From: a virus
DNA length: 64,000 nt
Virus record (IMG/VR): IMGVR_UViG_3300020198_000887
Location: 64,001 to 128,000 of that record
Strand: one strand, 5' to 3'
The first letter of the stretch is position 1, and every line of letters starts with the position of its first letter. Both the position numbers and the translations under genes were made by a program. Positions 21,401-31,100 of the stretch are shown in pieces. A model generated the notes under the pieces. The model was not told the DNA's origin and did not search any database. It saw only the letters and a list, made by a program, of their open reading frames with translations.

Positions 21401-22054
21401 TTTTTCATATACTAATTTATTAGTTTGTGTTAAATTAGCATATCCAACTGATGTGGTAGTTGAATAATTTATATTTCTAGTTTGAAGCCTGCTAAATGAT
21501 ATGACACCAATCCCATCTAACAAATTTGTCCAAGAAGTATTTTTAGTGGTAGATGACCCACCAGTCCGCGATGCCGAAAATTCAAACGAGCTACCAGCAT
21601 TGAAATACCACCTGGCAGCATTTTGGTTTTCAAAATTCACAGTAATTGAATGAGTTAATGTATTATTCCATGCTGACGTTCTGGAAGCCGACACCAATGG
21701 TTCACGTGTTGATTGACTTAATGGTGCATCTAATGCCCTATCTCGGTGAATCAATTCAGCCATTGTTAAATATGAATTAGTTGTTGCTGCCGTAATTGAT
21801 GTATTTTTATACACCGTTGGAATATTCCCAGATTCATCAATCCCGGTCTGATGTTGGCGGACACGAAGCATATCTGAACGCAATACATTCCACTGATCAG
21901 CGGAAATCAATGGTTTTGTGCTTTCATTTATCTGTGAACTGTATACAGTTTGCCCATATCCATAATCATCCGCCCCAACCCCTAATACGTGTGCAACTTT
22001 TGATTGAATTAAGTTATATTCAGTTATAATAACTGGAGTTTTTTGTGTGGCCAT
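15437..22054 (-). CDS. giant tail fibre/appendage protein B (2205 aa): same N-terminal domain as A, ~14-15 Calx-beta-like Ig repeats, unrelated C-terminal domain
   Basis: AGAGGAG RBS; ~107-aa tandem units with EG..F/YW/DF/D..E..E.F motifs. Confidence 0.8.
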   Translation of the reverse strand: MATQKTPVIITEYNLIQSKVAHVLGVGADDYGYGQTVYSSQINESTKPLISADQWNVLRSDMLRVRQHQTGIDESGNIPTVYKNTSITAATTNSYLTMAELIHRDRALDAPLSQSTREPLVSASRTSAWNNTLTHSITVNFENQNAARWYFNAGSSFEFSASRTGGSSTTKNTSWTNLLDGIGVISFSRLQTRNINYSTTTSVGYANLTQTNKLVYEKYDSTPSFELNRYAVYAKLGTTSAQVIFTIEFSDIADGSGDPNIDGNLLSSMKICRASGHNVTVARPAAISTFTGGTVTVAPVIPAVVPTYTVTRNTTAITEGGVGVVFTVTTTNVPSGTILYWSTSTSTGLTPADFSDETYTGTVIINNGSGTITRIAKDDLAVENTESFAIQIRTFSTTGSIVAQSEITDIQDIARSYSVTPASNSIIEGQTQVVFTVNTVNVPGNTVLYWTTSGNGITANDFVDESLSGVVVISNNVGTISRIAKADLLVEGTEVFEIQIRTDSISGPIKATSASVKINDLAGASPYVITRNAPAIVEGGRAVFTITTTGLPSPTTLYWTTSVSAGITEADFSDNTLSGTVEINNNSGIITREAVSDLSPEGAELFAIQLRTNSITGSIVATSELTSITDALSSYTVTPNKTTINEDGTTEVTFTVNTVNIADSTLYWTVSGANVSANDFTDNLNSGTVIITNNTGTFTRIARADITTEGDESFEVQIRTGSITGPIKTSSAGIIIKDTSFTTNPLTPTYNIIQNIGKIGEGSTGVTFNIITENVPNGATLYWTTLPKSGDVSSSDFSDYLASGQVTIKNNSASIIRIANPDKYTEGEETFCIELRTGSIAGPVVQTSSAVVISDLSTTPVVVSYLLERNTSSIAEGQGVTFDVYTTGIPDGTILYWSTLASTSQLTAADFSDNTLSGTVVIYNNQSSEPIIRTAAIDLTSETAESFAIQLKTTQNGSAVYTSQMTSITDAIVAANTTVSSLGVTAINESGAGASVLFSVTTTTMVNGTLYWTLVGTNITANDFTSNTLSGPVTITNGAGSFTITAKADSLTETGGESFEVEIRNGAGSLLATSAPGILINDTSTTTPSQYIITADTGLVYEGPTTLGPSGVIFTVYTQGIPVNTRLYWTTKSTVGSVVAADFSDSLDAGTFLIKSDGTATVTRVMSVDYKSEGTEKFCIELRSDAGPTSTLLRTSPEIEINDLSLTPTIPTVKTYNIIRDKSTIGETGANNTVTFTVSTTNVSPSETLYWTTTPVGVIQPTDFSDNKLSGTVNVDTTGKASIVRTAAADGVPENTESFAIQLRTGGFAGLIVQTSEVTTITDTFVEPTITIDVSQSQINEGGKGVTFTIYTTNLPNNALLYWTLSNDKLTADDFVESKVRGTFTVTNNVGKVTLTANADVITEGDMSFELQVRTGGYDGTIRQTSSGVIIKDDSQTQKVYNLAQSATMIGEGTTGVEFTVTTVNVPKNTVLFWVIPDAAGLDEFDLNKRSAELILDSSGAGNFSITALTDNKTEGGETFEVQLRTGSKTGPVVQTSQGILILDTSQNPSYGMTISPASGNINETTNKTFSVTLNVANVASNSTMYLSFGGSATYGTDYALLSGPSLTKTGNIYSFSTSGSAMTWQFEVSPDLKTEGYETAFIEVMDVLGGPVLRRSSTFTIEDTSKAPSYAVTISPSKPSEGSLITTTIQVANIVVGTVLTAFHSGTAGDNDLSPDGTAPAIAGTFTVTQPTITWKHTVVADHATEGSQTFAWVFKDTAGVTVATSNTITINDTSLFDPSGTLTITPLVVNEGDLVTFTFTNQYFKQGTLVYPKFIYTTGSDTGDWLAVSGQGFNDNGSFVVTGSPMVWTALVTVDLITEGQETVYVELHTESVTGPLLCTSDTIVINDSSKKPLAIAAGETLSFNAAVATNSDVYWKVIYDNQTFPRFGGLTRGIAPVMSNVANVQIPTVGDYNTTEDQLFAVKLYTDENCTIPVSTVYPINAKFKAQTALVGNTTTPTALPEVKTLIAGAKTFSSATINSGKLQSFINGISLIPHYTESNANNDNDAFMSGYMGLAGTVAGFRTNPRNITFANTMVTVSMEVRDNELVNIDLPVNAVVNGITVISKAPEISDNKIPYYKLEVLYSQMCDSSGVVISVSNIQYGPLTNQTIVRKNNTQCNITMPDGHVIRTLRAKFTFGGQAQRLAFEITAQTALLKVIHNGG

Positions 22055-22077
22055 GTGGCTCCTCTATGTTTAAAATA

Positions 22078-23607
22078 TTATAAAATTACAGCTTCAACAA
22101 TTTTAACGTCGTCGGTTGTATTAGATTCTAATGCAATAGCAAAAACATTTTCCAGTAATCCTGCCACACAAGCTACACCGCCATTAGCGGCAACTAATCG
22201 GTCGCCTTTTGAAACTTTGCCAGCAACTTTTACGGGAACACGACCTTTCAAGGCAATATATATTCCGCCTTCTAATTCACTATTCATCATGTATGCTGGA
22301 TTTTTGGACACAGTTCCCAATGCTCTTGCCCCAAGAACGCCAGCGGTCACTTCCCGGTCACCCCCCACCATAACTACAGTACCAACATCATAATCTTCAT
22401 CTGCTAAGTATTTTTCGGCCAAGTCAGCATAATATGCAGTGGTTGCTGTACCAACAAAATAATTTGCCAGAATGGAACCAGCAGTAACATTTATCCCATT
22501 TATTGATTGGTCAGCACTTGTTCTGGCAACTATGGTACCTGATGAAACTGTTGAACTCGCAGTTTTATATGTCCCACCGACATTTAAAGAATCTGCTTGT
22601 GTTGCAGTACCTGAAAATACATTTGCAAACACCGTACTAAACTTAGATGTGATTGACCCGATATTTGATATAAGATTTTCACCGGCCAATATATCAGACC
22701 CTTTCAACTTGAATGGTGTTTTTGTTATATTGTTAACCGTTGTACTAAAAATAATGGTGTCGCCATTTGTATTAACAATTGTTGGGATTGATTGATTTTG
22801 TGGATCATTAAATACCTTCAATTTAGCAACTGGATTTCCAACTGTATAACCAACATCTGCAAAATTAACTACTGCAGTAAATGTAGCATGATTTGCTCGT
22901 ATAAACTCAGCGGCATCATATCGTACATCAGAAATGTTTAATGAATCCGCTGATGCAGAAGTTCCAAATAATCGAAATTTTGCTACCCCTCCGGCAGCAT
23001 CAGTTACACCATTTACATCAGTGTTTATAAGCGTAATACCAGAATGGACTGTCGTGAACCCAGAAATAGCAGTGGATGCATCTAAATCGAATGCCCCCCG
23101 TTTATTAATTATAAAAACAGTGGTTCCATCAACAACCGCTTCAATAATTGTATGATTTTCACCACCTGTTGCAGAAGTTGCTTTAACTGTTCTAGTTCTC
23201 ATCTCGGTGATATTGTTCCCAGATGACTGTGGGCCAACTAACACGAATTGAGATCCATTCCACGCATTAAGTTGTTGATTTGATGTGTCCCACCAAAAAT
23301 CACCCTCTGTTAATCCGGTTGGCTGTGTTGATCCAACTTCTGCACCACCGGTGGTTCTCCATTTCAAACTATCATAAAATTTTAACTTTTTAGTGCCACT
23401 ATCAAACCAAATTTGCCCGCTTATTGCCCGCGATGGCGGGGTTACATTGGCAAAATTTTCTAATAAAAATACAATATTCTCGTTTTGAGCCTCACCGTAT
23501 CCAGCATAGTTTTTACCAATTAGTTTAATATCCAGTGTTGTATCAATTGTTCCATCAGCTACTACGGTTACTTGATTTCCATTATATTTGTTGATGATAT
23601 ATGCCAT
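22078..23607 (-). CDS. tail fibre/baseplate protein with C-terminal peptidase-G2-like (intramolecular chaperone) domain
   Basis: 'ADLAEKY...GTVV..GG..EVT...VSKNPAYMMN...IALKGRVPVKV.G.V.KGD.LV'; N-terminus paralogous to the next two genes. Confidence 0.7.
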   Translation of the reverse strand: MAYIINKYNGNQVTVVADGTIDTTLDIKLIGKNYAGYGEAQNENIVFLLENFANVTPPSRAISGQIWFDSGTKKLKFYDSLKWRTTGGAEVGSTQPTGLTEGDFWWDTSNQQLNAWNGSQFVLVGPQSSGNNITEMRTRTVKATSATGGENHTIIEAVVDGTTVFIINKRGAFDLDASTAISGFTTVHSGITLINTDVNGVTDAAGGVAKFRLFGTSASADSLNISDVRYDAAEFIRANHATFTAVVNFADVGYTVGNPVAKLKVFNDPQNQSIPTIVNTNGDTIIFSTTVNNITKTPFKLKGSDILAGENLISNIGSITSKFSTVFANVFSGTATQADSLNVGGTYKTASSTVSSGTIVARTSADQSINGINVTAGSILANYFVGTATTAYYADLAEKYLADEDYDVGTVVMVGGDREVTAGVLGARALGTVSKNPAYMMNSELEGGIYIALKGRVPVKVAGKVSKGDRLVAANGGVACVAGLLENVFAIALESNTTDDVKIVEAVIL

Positions 23608-23631
23608 CTGATTATTTCCTCATTCTTTGTA

Positions 23632-23637
23632 TATTTA
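23632..23637 (-). promoter_or_regulatory. late promoter box TAAATA
   Basis: 24 nt upstream of ATG 23607. Confidence 0.55.
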
Positions 23638-23649
23638 TGTGGTTATATA

Positions 23650-25302
23650 TTATATGTTAGTTTGCCAAACCCATACATTAGTAATTGATAATTCATATTC
23701 CTTTATTACACCAGTATCAATGCATAATATTCTACAAATTGCACCAGATTGATGTTCTGTCGGTGGATATATTTTATTAATATACACACTAGCAATCTGC
23801 TCATTACTTAAAATTCCGTTATTTATTGTTAATCCCAACGGAGCCACTTTAACTGCTGTTGTCAATGTCACTAAGTTAACAGCATCAGTTTCATTAGTAG
23901 GTGATGCAACATTTATTAGTTTTTTATTACTAACATTAACCGACCCATTACCCTTTGGTAATAATATTATATCGCCATGTTGTATTATTGGGTTTACGTA
24001 ACTTATTGTATCTGAATTAATATTCACATAATCTACTTGCAATGATGTCAATTGGCCAATACTAGTCAACCCGGGTGCACTAGTTACTGTAATTCCCAAT
24101 GATGACAAACTTAATACATCTTGCGTTCCTATCTTGTATGATTTTCCACTTATCAACGCCATATTATCAGACGACGTCCATGCTGCAGTTTCACCAACCC
24201 AATTAAATGTCTTGTCAGTGGTCCCCTTGACAGTAATACCACCACCATCTGCAGTTAAATCAGTTGGGTTATCAACTTTGCCTAATTCAATGTTTCTATC
24301 AACTATATCAATAACGGTAGATTTAACCGTAGTTAATTCACCCTTTACGGTCAAACTTCCCTGAATTATTGCGTCTCCAGTAACATCCAACGTAGCATTT
24401 GGGGTATTTGTGAATATACCAACCCGTTGATGCAATGCATTAATATGCACCCCGGGTAATAATTGATTATTATGCCGTATATTAAATTGAATATCTTGGT
24501 CTGCCACATTTGAATTTAATTCAAACTTTAAATTACTAACTTTAATTTCGTTATTGCTAGCCGGGCCAAGTACTAATGGCGTTGAATTTATGACAGATAT
24601 TGTACCAACCGTATCAGTATCGGTGTTCGTTTTCATAAAATTTTCGGCATTATATGATGTTCCAATTGAATCTAATAGTGCTGCGGAGGTTTCAACCGGT
24701 GCTTTGAATTTTATACCAGACAAACTTCCGGAATTAAATCCAATATCTATCAATGTTCCATTATAACCAGGAATGGTCTTGGCTAATGTAAATGCAGCAC
24801 TACTAAAAATTCCCAATAATATTTTAGATACATATAATAATACTAATGTATGTTTTATTTGATGTACATCATATACTTCAGTTATAATAAATCCACTTAC
24901 ACCCTGTTGTGCAGTATATGCTGGCCCAGCCAATGATAACCCAAATCCATCGTGAAAATACATTTGTCGGCGAGTGGTATCTATCCATAAATCACCCTGT
25001 GTTAATGTGCTTGGGGCTGAACTTGCAACTACTGTTCCACTTGTTGCATTAAATCCAATACCATTGTATACTTTTAACCGTTCATCAGATGTATCAAACC
25101 ACAGCTGGCCTGCAATTGGCCTTGGTGGTGGTGTAGTATTTGCAAAATTTTCCAACAAATACACCATATTCTCATTAAACAGTTCACCATATGTACTAGT
25201 ATTTTTACCGATCAACGTTAAATCACTAGCAGTTTGGTCAATAGTTCCATCTAAGATATCAGTTAATTTTGACCCATCAGTTTTGTTTATTGTGTAACTC
25301 AT
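23650..25302 (-). CDS. tail fibre/baseplate-associated structural protein (550 aa)
   Basis: Shared N-terminus 'LIGKN..YGE..NEN..YLLENFA..GQLWFD'; 'VGIFTNTPNATLDVTG' and 'ADGGGI' fibre repeats. Confidence 0.75.
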   Translation of the reverse strand: MSYTINKTDGSKLTDILDGTIDQTASDLTLIGKNTSTYGELFNENMVYLLENFANTTPPPRPIAGQLWFDTSDERLKVYNGIGFNATSGTVVASSAPSTLTQGDLWIDTTRRQMYFHDGFGLSLAGPAYTAQQGVSGFIITEVYDVHQIKHTLVLLYVSKILLGIFSSAAFTLAKTIPGYNGTLIDIGFNSGSLSGIKFKAPVETSAALLDSIGTSYNAENFMKTNTDTDTVGTISVINSTPLVLGPASNNEIKVSNLKFELNSNVADQDIQFNIRHNNQLLPGVHINALHQRVGIFTNTPNATLDVTGDAIIQGSLTVKGELTTVKSTVIDIVDRNIELGKVDNPTDLTADGGGITVKGTTDKTFNWVGETAAWTSSDNMALISGKSYKIGTQDVLSLSSLGITVTSAPGLTSIGQLTSLQVDYVNINSDTISYVNPIIQHGDIILLPKGNGSVNVSNKKLINVASPTNETDAVNLVTLTTAVKVAPLGLTINNGILSNEQIASVYINKIYPPTEHQSGAICRILCIDTGVIKEYELSITNVWVWQTNI

Positions 25303-27425
25303 TATAAGACCCCAGTAAAAATTATATAATTTATGGCTAGATATGGGTTCATAATATCAAATGAAGTACCAATTCTAGATGATATAACATTACCGCTATT
25401 ACCCAATCCAAACCCAGTACTTGAACTAGGCATACCATATCCAGGTCTTGCATTGTCATCATCCATTCCATCTGGAATACCGGAAGCATAATATTGTGCT
25501 TCCCCACTATTTAAGTTATGTTTATGCTCTGGTAGATTTTCGACTAATAATGTTTTGGTTTCACTGCCTGCGCTAGAACCCAATGTATCTGCTACTACTG
25601 ATGATACCCGATTTGCCGAACCGCCACCCGCATCTACAAAAATATCTGGATTATCAATGCTAGGTACAGTTATGTTGTTATCCATATTATCCATACCCAA
25701 CGCAAATCTCCCACGTAAGTCTGGGAGACAAAATGTATTAGCCCCATTTAGGGCTGAAATTCGATTATAAGTTGTTCCAATAACTTCATATAGCGCGGAA
25801 TATTCAGAAATTCTCACTTCACTCCCGTCACATAGTTTGTATCCAGAAGGGACCACTACCCCCGCAAATGGGAATATTGCACCAATCGGAACTAATGGGA
25901 TGTTTGATAAAAAATCTAACTTTGACACCTGTTTAAGACCGGGTGACACTGTGCCTGACCGATAAATCAATAACTTATCATCACTATATGCCACGGGTAC
26001 CTGTGGCTTTGATGTTATAATACTAGTGGTAACACTAGTTTGAAAAATGGCTGTTCCAGTACTAGTTTGCCCATTAAAACTTATTCCAGCACTACTTATA
26101 TCCCCGGTTAGACTGAATACTGTCGGGCTTGCCAACTTTGATGCTGACCCACTTGCGTTTCCAATCAATGTACCAGTAACCGTTCCGGAAAAATTGCCAA
26201 CAAATGAATCTGCGTACACATTTCTAAATTTTCTCGATTCTGACCCAATATCATAACTAGAAGTAGCAGTATCCGTCCCCGGTAATATTACGGCAGCAGG
26301 AGATACCTCACCAAATGAATCTAAGCTATTAACATATAAAGTACCATTACTGTTTATAGCAGAATTAAACCGTGCAGTTTTTTCTACTGAAATCCCACCA
26401 TATGTAACAATACTTAAATCATCAGTGGTTGTAACATTGATATTACCGTTGGTGGTAATATTCCCATTAACATCAAGTGCTTCCTGGGGGTTTATATTGT
26501 TCAACCCAATTCCAACTTTAGCAGATGAGGTCACCCGCATAGCAGTAATGATGTCTGAACTATTTGCTAAATTAAAATCTATGTTTTTGCCACTACTCTT
26601 TGAGTACAAAACAGAAGAATTTTCATTTGTTATTAAACTGAAACTTGAATCACCACCTATACTAATGCCATCATTGGAATTTATTTTTAATGGCACAGTC
26701 AATGGGGTGATATAATCTGTACGTACAAACTTTGTAGAATCAACCGTGACCCCATTAATAACCAATGCGTTTGCCTGACTTGCAGTTCCCCAAAATTTTA
26801 CAGGCGTAGATGTACTATCAGAATCTATATTACTTAAATTAACACCATGCTTGATTATTGGGAACCCACTTACAGTAGTTTTTGGTACAAATGTTTCTTT
26901 ACTAATTATTACCAACAAATAATTTGATGCATAAAAGCAAATTACACTATGACTTATATTACTTGTATCAATAATAATATCAATCACCGGACCAGTCTTT
27001 AATCCCTCACTAAATTGTGGGCCGACTAATAACCAATTAGATCCAGAAAATATATACAATTGATGATTTGTTGTGTCAACCCACACATCACCGGTGGTAC
27101 TACTTTCAATTGTTGGCGTACTACTGGATTTTTTTACTGACCCGGCTGGCATCCACAGCTCACCATCCCATATTTTAAGTAAATTTATTTTAGTATCAAA
27201 CCATAATTGACCAACGGTGGGTGGCGCTTGTCCAATTTGTGTACCAGGGGCAAATGGTCCAGAAAAATTTTCCAATAAATGTAAAAAGTTTTCTGCAATA
27301 TATGGGGCATACCCAGAAAAGTTTTTACCAACAAATGTCAGGGATGTTTCTTGATTAATTTGTTGGTCATTTACAGTAATCGGAGTATTGGAGTTTGGAT
27401 CTGTATGTTTAACTGTATAACTCAT
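25302..27425 (-). CDS. short tail fibre / tail-collar domain protein (gp10/gp12-like)
   Basis: Collar motif 'VPIGAIFPFAG..PSGYKLCDG....SEYSALYEVIG..Y...F.LPDLRGRF' and C-terminal 'NPYLAINYII'. Confidence 0.85.
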   Translation of the reverse strand: MSYTVKHTDPNSNTPITVNDQQINQETSLTFVGKNFSGYAPYIAENFLHLLENFSGPFAPGTQIGQAPPTVGQLWFDTKINLLKIWDGELWMPAGSVKKSSSTPTIESSTTGDVWVDTTNHQLYIFSGSNWLLVGPQFSEGLKTGPVIDIIIDTSNISHSVICFYASNYLLVIISKETFVPKTTVSGFPIIKHGVNLSNIDSDSTSTPVKFWGTASQANALVINGVTVDSTKFVRTDYITPLTVPLKINSNDGISIGGDSSFSLITNENSSVLYSKSSGKNIDFNLANSSDIITAMRVTSSAKVGIGLNNINPQEALDVNGNITTNGNINVTTTDDLSIVTYGGISVEKTARFNSAINSNGTLYVNSLDSFGEVSPAAVILPGTDTATSSYDIGSESRKFRNVYADSFVGNFSGTVTGTLIGNASGSASKLASPTVFSLTGDISSAGISFNGQTSTGTAIFQTSVTTSIITSKPQVPVAYSDDKLLIYRSGTVSPGLKQVSKLDFLSNIPLVPIGAIFPFAGVVVPSGYKLCDGSEVRISEYSALYEVIGTTYNRISALNGANTFCLPDLRGRFALGMDNMDNNITVPSIDNPDIFVDAGGGSANRVSSVVADTLGSSAGSETKTLLVENLPEHKHNLNSGEAQYYASGIPDGMDDDNARPGYGMPSSSTGFGLGNSGNVISSRIGTSFDIMNPYLAINYIIFTGVL

Positions 27426-27428
27426 CTG

Positions 27429-28037
27429 TTAAACCCCCACTAACCCAGTCAAACTTTGGATACGAACTGTGTAATCAATTTGTATCAATCTATTAAGAGA
27501 TTTTTGAACTGGATGAAATATAACATGGGTTAATAATAAACTTTGACCAGTTGAACTATATGACTTCAACCCAAGTTCATCGAAAATATACGAGCTATCA
27601 GAGTTTGTTGAATTGTCGAATGCACTTTGACCATCCGGCTCACCATAATCTAACAAACACGTAATAAAAACATCGGTATAATTGGTACCAGTTACATGAC
27701 GTGTTTCTATAAAATTTCTGGTAGGGTCAACATTATTACTCGATCTATCATCAACCACTTTGGTGTATGTTTGATTATACAAACTCGCATTTGCCCCAGA
27801 CCCGTTTGGTGTTAAATATGTAATTATACCAGTTGGGTCAACCGTTGTACCGCCATTTCCAAATGCCATTTCATATATAAATCCTTGCCCACTATTAGCA
27901 ATACTTTGTGCTAACCCAATACTAATATTTTCATAATGAATGGCATTTCTCTTATTAACAAATACCTCTGTAGTTTCTGGATCCCACAGTTTAATATGAC
28001 CTTCTACATGTATTCCTGTTGTTTCTTTACTCTGCAT
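27429..28037 (-). CDS. conserved virion structural (baseplate) protein (202 aa)
   Basis: 'NAIH..MAFGNGG...FDELGL...LLTHVIFHPVQKSLNR.IQIDYT.RI'; position in the baseplate cluster. Confidence 0.7.
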   Translation of the reverse strand: MQSKETTGIHVEGHIKLWDPETTEVFVNKRNAIHYENISIGLAQSIANSGQGFIYEMAFGNGGTTVDPTGIITYLTPNGSGANASLYNQTYTKVVDDRSSNNVDPTRNFIETRHVTGTNYTDVFITCLLDYGEPDGQSAFDNSTNSDSSYIFDELGLKSYSSTGQSLLLTHVIFHPVQKSLNRLIQIDYTVRIQSLTGLVGV

Positions 28038-28058
28038 GATACGCTCTCTTTATCTGTA

Positions 28059-28064
28059 TATTTA
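28059..28064 (-). promoter_or_regulatory. late promoter box TAAATA
   Basis: 21 nt upstream of ATG 28037. Confidence 0.55.
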
Positions 28065-28104
28065 TCTTATCCAATTATCTACCAAGTTATTCACATTCGC
28101 CATA

Positions 28105-31100
28105 TCAATATGGCGAATACCAAATACCAGGGGTTGTTTTTAAGAAGGTGGCAACTTCAGATATATCAGAATTCATATCAAGCGTAACATTCCACGCTCT
28201 CCCAGTTCGTTTGACAACGGTAATATGTGTACCTGCTTCCAATTTGTTAGTTAATACAATTTCACTAGCAACCCCATCGACCGCAAAGTCCGCGTCAAAA
28301 TTAATGTCTCCCTCTGGACTATCCATATGTTTACCAACGTTATGAACTTTATATGGCGCTTTTTTCAATCTAATATTCCCTATAAAAAACTCCCATTTAG
28401 TCGAATCATCCGCAAACATCATAGAACTGGTATGTTCTGTTACGCATTTATATGTGTAACTCCCATTAACGACAAGTGTTCCAACGGTATACAATACATT
28501 GGGCACCCATGGGGTATTGTTGGCATATCCACCAACAAATACCTCAATAGAATTACATTGTCCATAATCTAATGGAATACTTGACCGATAATCCCATACA
28601 TTGGTCGATTTTTCGGGGATAAATTTCAATGGCACAATTGTTGTTCCATCTGAAACTATCTGTTCAGTAATTGTATGATCACGATATGGAATTGTTTCAC
28701 TAGTTCCAATATCCTGGACATTTGCACCAACACTATGCATTAACGGGGTTCCCGTACCTAATGTTCCACGACGCAGTTGACTCAATACATTCCCATTTTT
28801 GTTGAAATATTCAATTCGTTCACCACGTATTTCAATTATCCCAGGTCTGTTAAGCAATGGGTTTGGTTCATCAAAGTTGCTTGCATCACTTACTATTATA
28901 CTAGTATCATTCCATTTCAAATCGTGTGCTAGTGTAGTTTGTTTAGACAAACTTAGCCGTTTAAAATGTGTTCTATTCAACATATCTTTAAACTGCATAT
29001 ACGAAATACCACTTTTTAATATATTGTTACTATATGTTATAATTGTAAATGTGTCATTCACTTTAGATTTTTTACCCAATGTGATACTACGTTTATCTGA
29101 ATTCAACTTATAATCCACACTCGAAGTTAATAAACTATCATTTTTTATAACCCAGACATAACTGTCGTCCATTACTGCATTTTCAAGTGGTATCACACCA
29201 CCTTTAATATTCACATATGAATAATATGTTGGTGAATAAAGATCTACTAATATATCACTTACATTAAAACCAGTTTCGTGTGATATAATATTTTCATGTT
29301 TATATGAACTTACTATACTGATAGTTTTACCGGACTCATGCTGGTCAGTAAATTGTATTTTAGCACTTTCTGTGTGGGTGGCAGGAATATAAAAATACTC
29401 ATTATCACGTGTAATACTTACAATCATCTCTTTATTATTATATTTTTTATATACACGCTTGTTTATAGTAATACTAATACAAGACAAATCAACAGTATAA
29501 TCAGATGACACCTTCAATTTATTACCATCAACAATTACTTCGAAATCTTCGATGTTTACTGTATGTGGTTGGAACTTTATGGCATCTATTACATATGTTA
29601 AAATACTATTTTTAATAGTATAATAATTATTAACAGGAGCTTTCAATACCTTGTTCCCCACAAACACCAACATTTTAGATTCAACTGGCAATGAGTCACC
29701 AACAACACTTTGAATATTGTACGGGACCCCGGCAGGTCTACCATCCGCGATTATATTTTCTGTTTTTGTAACTGCAAATGAATACAGTTCCCCATCAAAC
29801 ACAACGTACGTCACCAATGAATCATTCGCAGGTGGTATTGCTAAATTGATTTTTACAAACCCATTTTCTTTACTAACTGTATAAGAAACATTCACCCCGT
29901 TGACATATACCATTGCATTAATATTGGTTTTATATGACACAGTTGTTAAGATTCCAGTAGTTTCACCAGTTGAAATAACCGAATTAATATCTAAAATTTT
30001 GACCCCATTTACACCAAAACTGTATATTGATACAATATGATTAATCGGTGGTGGGGTTACAAATGTTATGGAATTATTTCTTAAATTAACAATGTAATCA
30101 ACTCCTTGTTCTTTTATAGTAGAAGTAGTTCCATTTGATACCTTTACAATTACCGCCTGCGAATTGTTTATTTGATGTGTCATTGTATAAGTTTTACTAA
30201 CCCCATCAGTAATAAAATTATCTATTTTAATACTCGCCGATCCCGAATAGGATTTTTCAAATACTTTTATTGCAACCGCATCAACAACCTGCCCAGGAAC
30301 AACTTCTTCTGTAGCAGGACTAGTAGTGGGGGTAACAAATCCATCACCATCTACAATAATATCATCTGCATTAATACCAACTGCGCTTTGATATGCAAGA
30401 TCACCACCAACCAATGTGGTATCATAATCATACTCACTTGGGTTTGGGGCACCATCACTTGTAATTTTTCGTAAAATTATTTGGTCACTATTCTTTATAA
30501 CAATAGGCTGAATAATACCATCTATGTCACTATATGAATTAGGAATAGTCACAGTATGTCTAACCCCATCAGCAACCCAGGATGCCATCCTAGCATGTTT
30601 ATTGGTTTGTGATTCTGTGCCATAATATGGGTCATCAATTTTAATGCCATTATGATATACGTTTATAACCGTACCAGCTGTTGGAATGTATGGTAATGTA
30701 AATTCGTGTTCATTAGCAGATGTCATAACAATATAATCATCAAAAGTGGGATCTTTACTATCCCATCTATCTGAATAATATGGGATTGAATCCCATCCAC
30801 CAGTTTGTGCAAATCCCAACCCAGATACAATAACACCACCATAATCAACCCCTGACATCAACTGTGCCAGGTCATTACCTAACTCACCAGATGTTGGATT
30901 ATAATAATATTGTATTCTGTCTGATGCATTTAACAATGACCAATCCTTGACATATGTAACACTAATTTTAGATTTCACAGCAGGAGCACTATTAAATGTT
31001 ATAGTTCCATAATAAGAAGTATATCCACGAGTTTTAGACTTACGAATATCCATTTTATAATTAGATTTTACTACAGTTTGACCATCAACTATTACTGATG

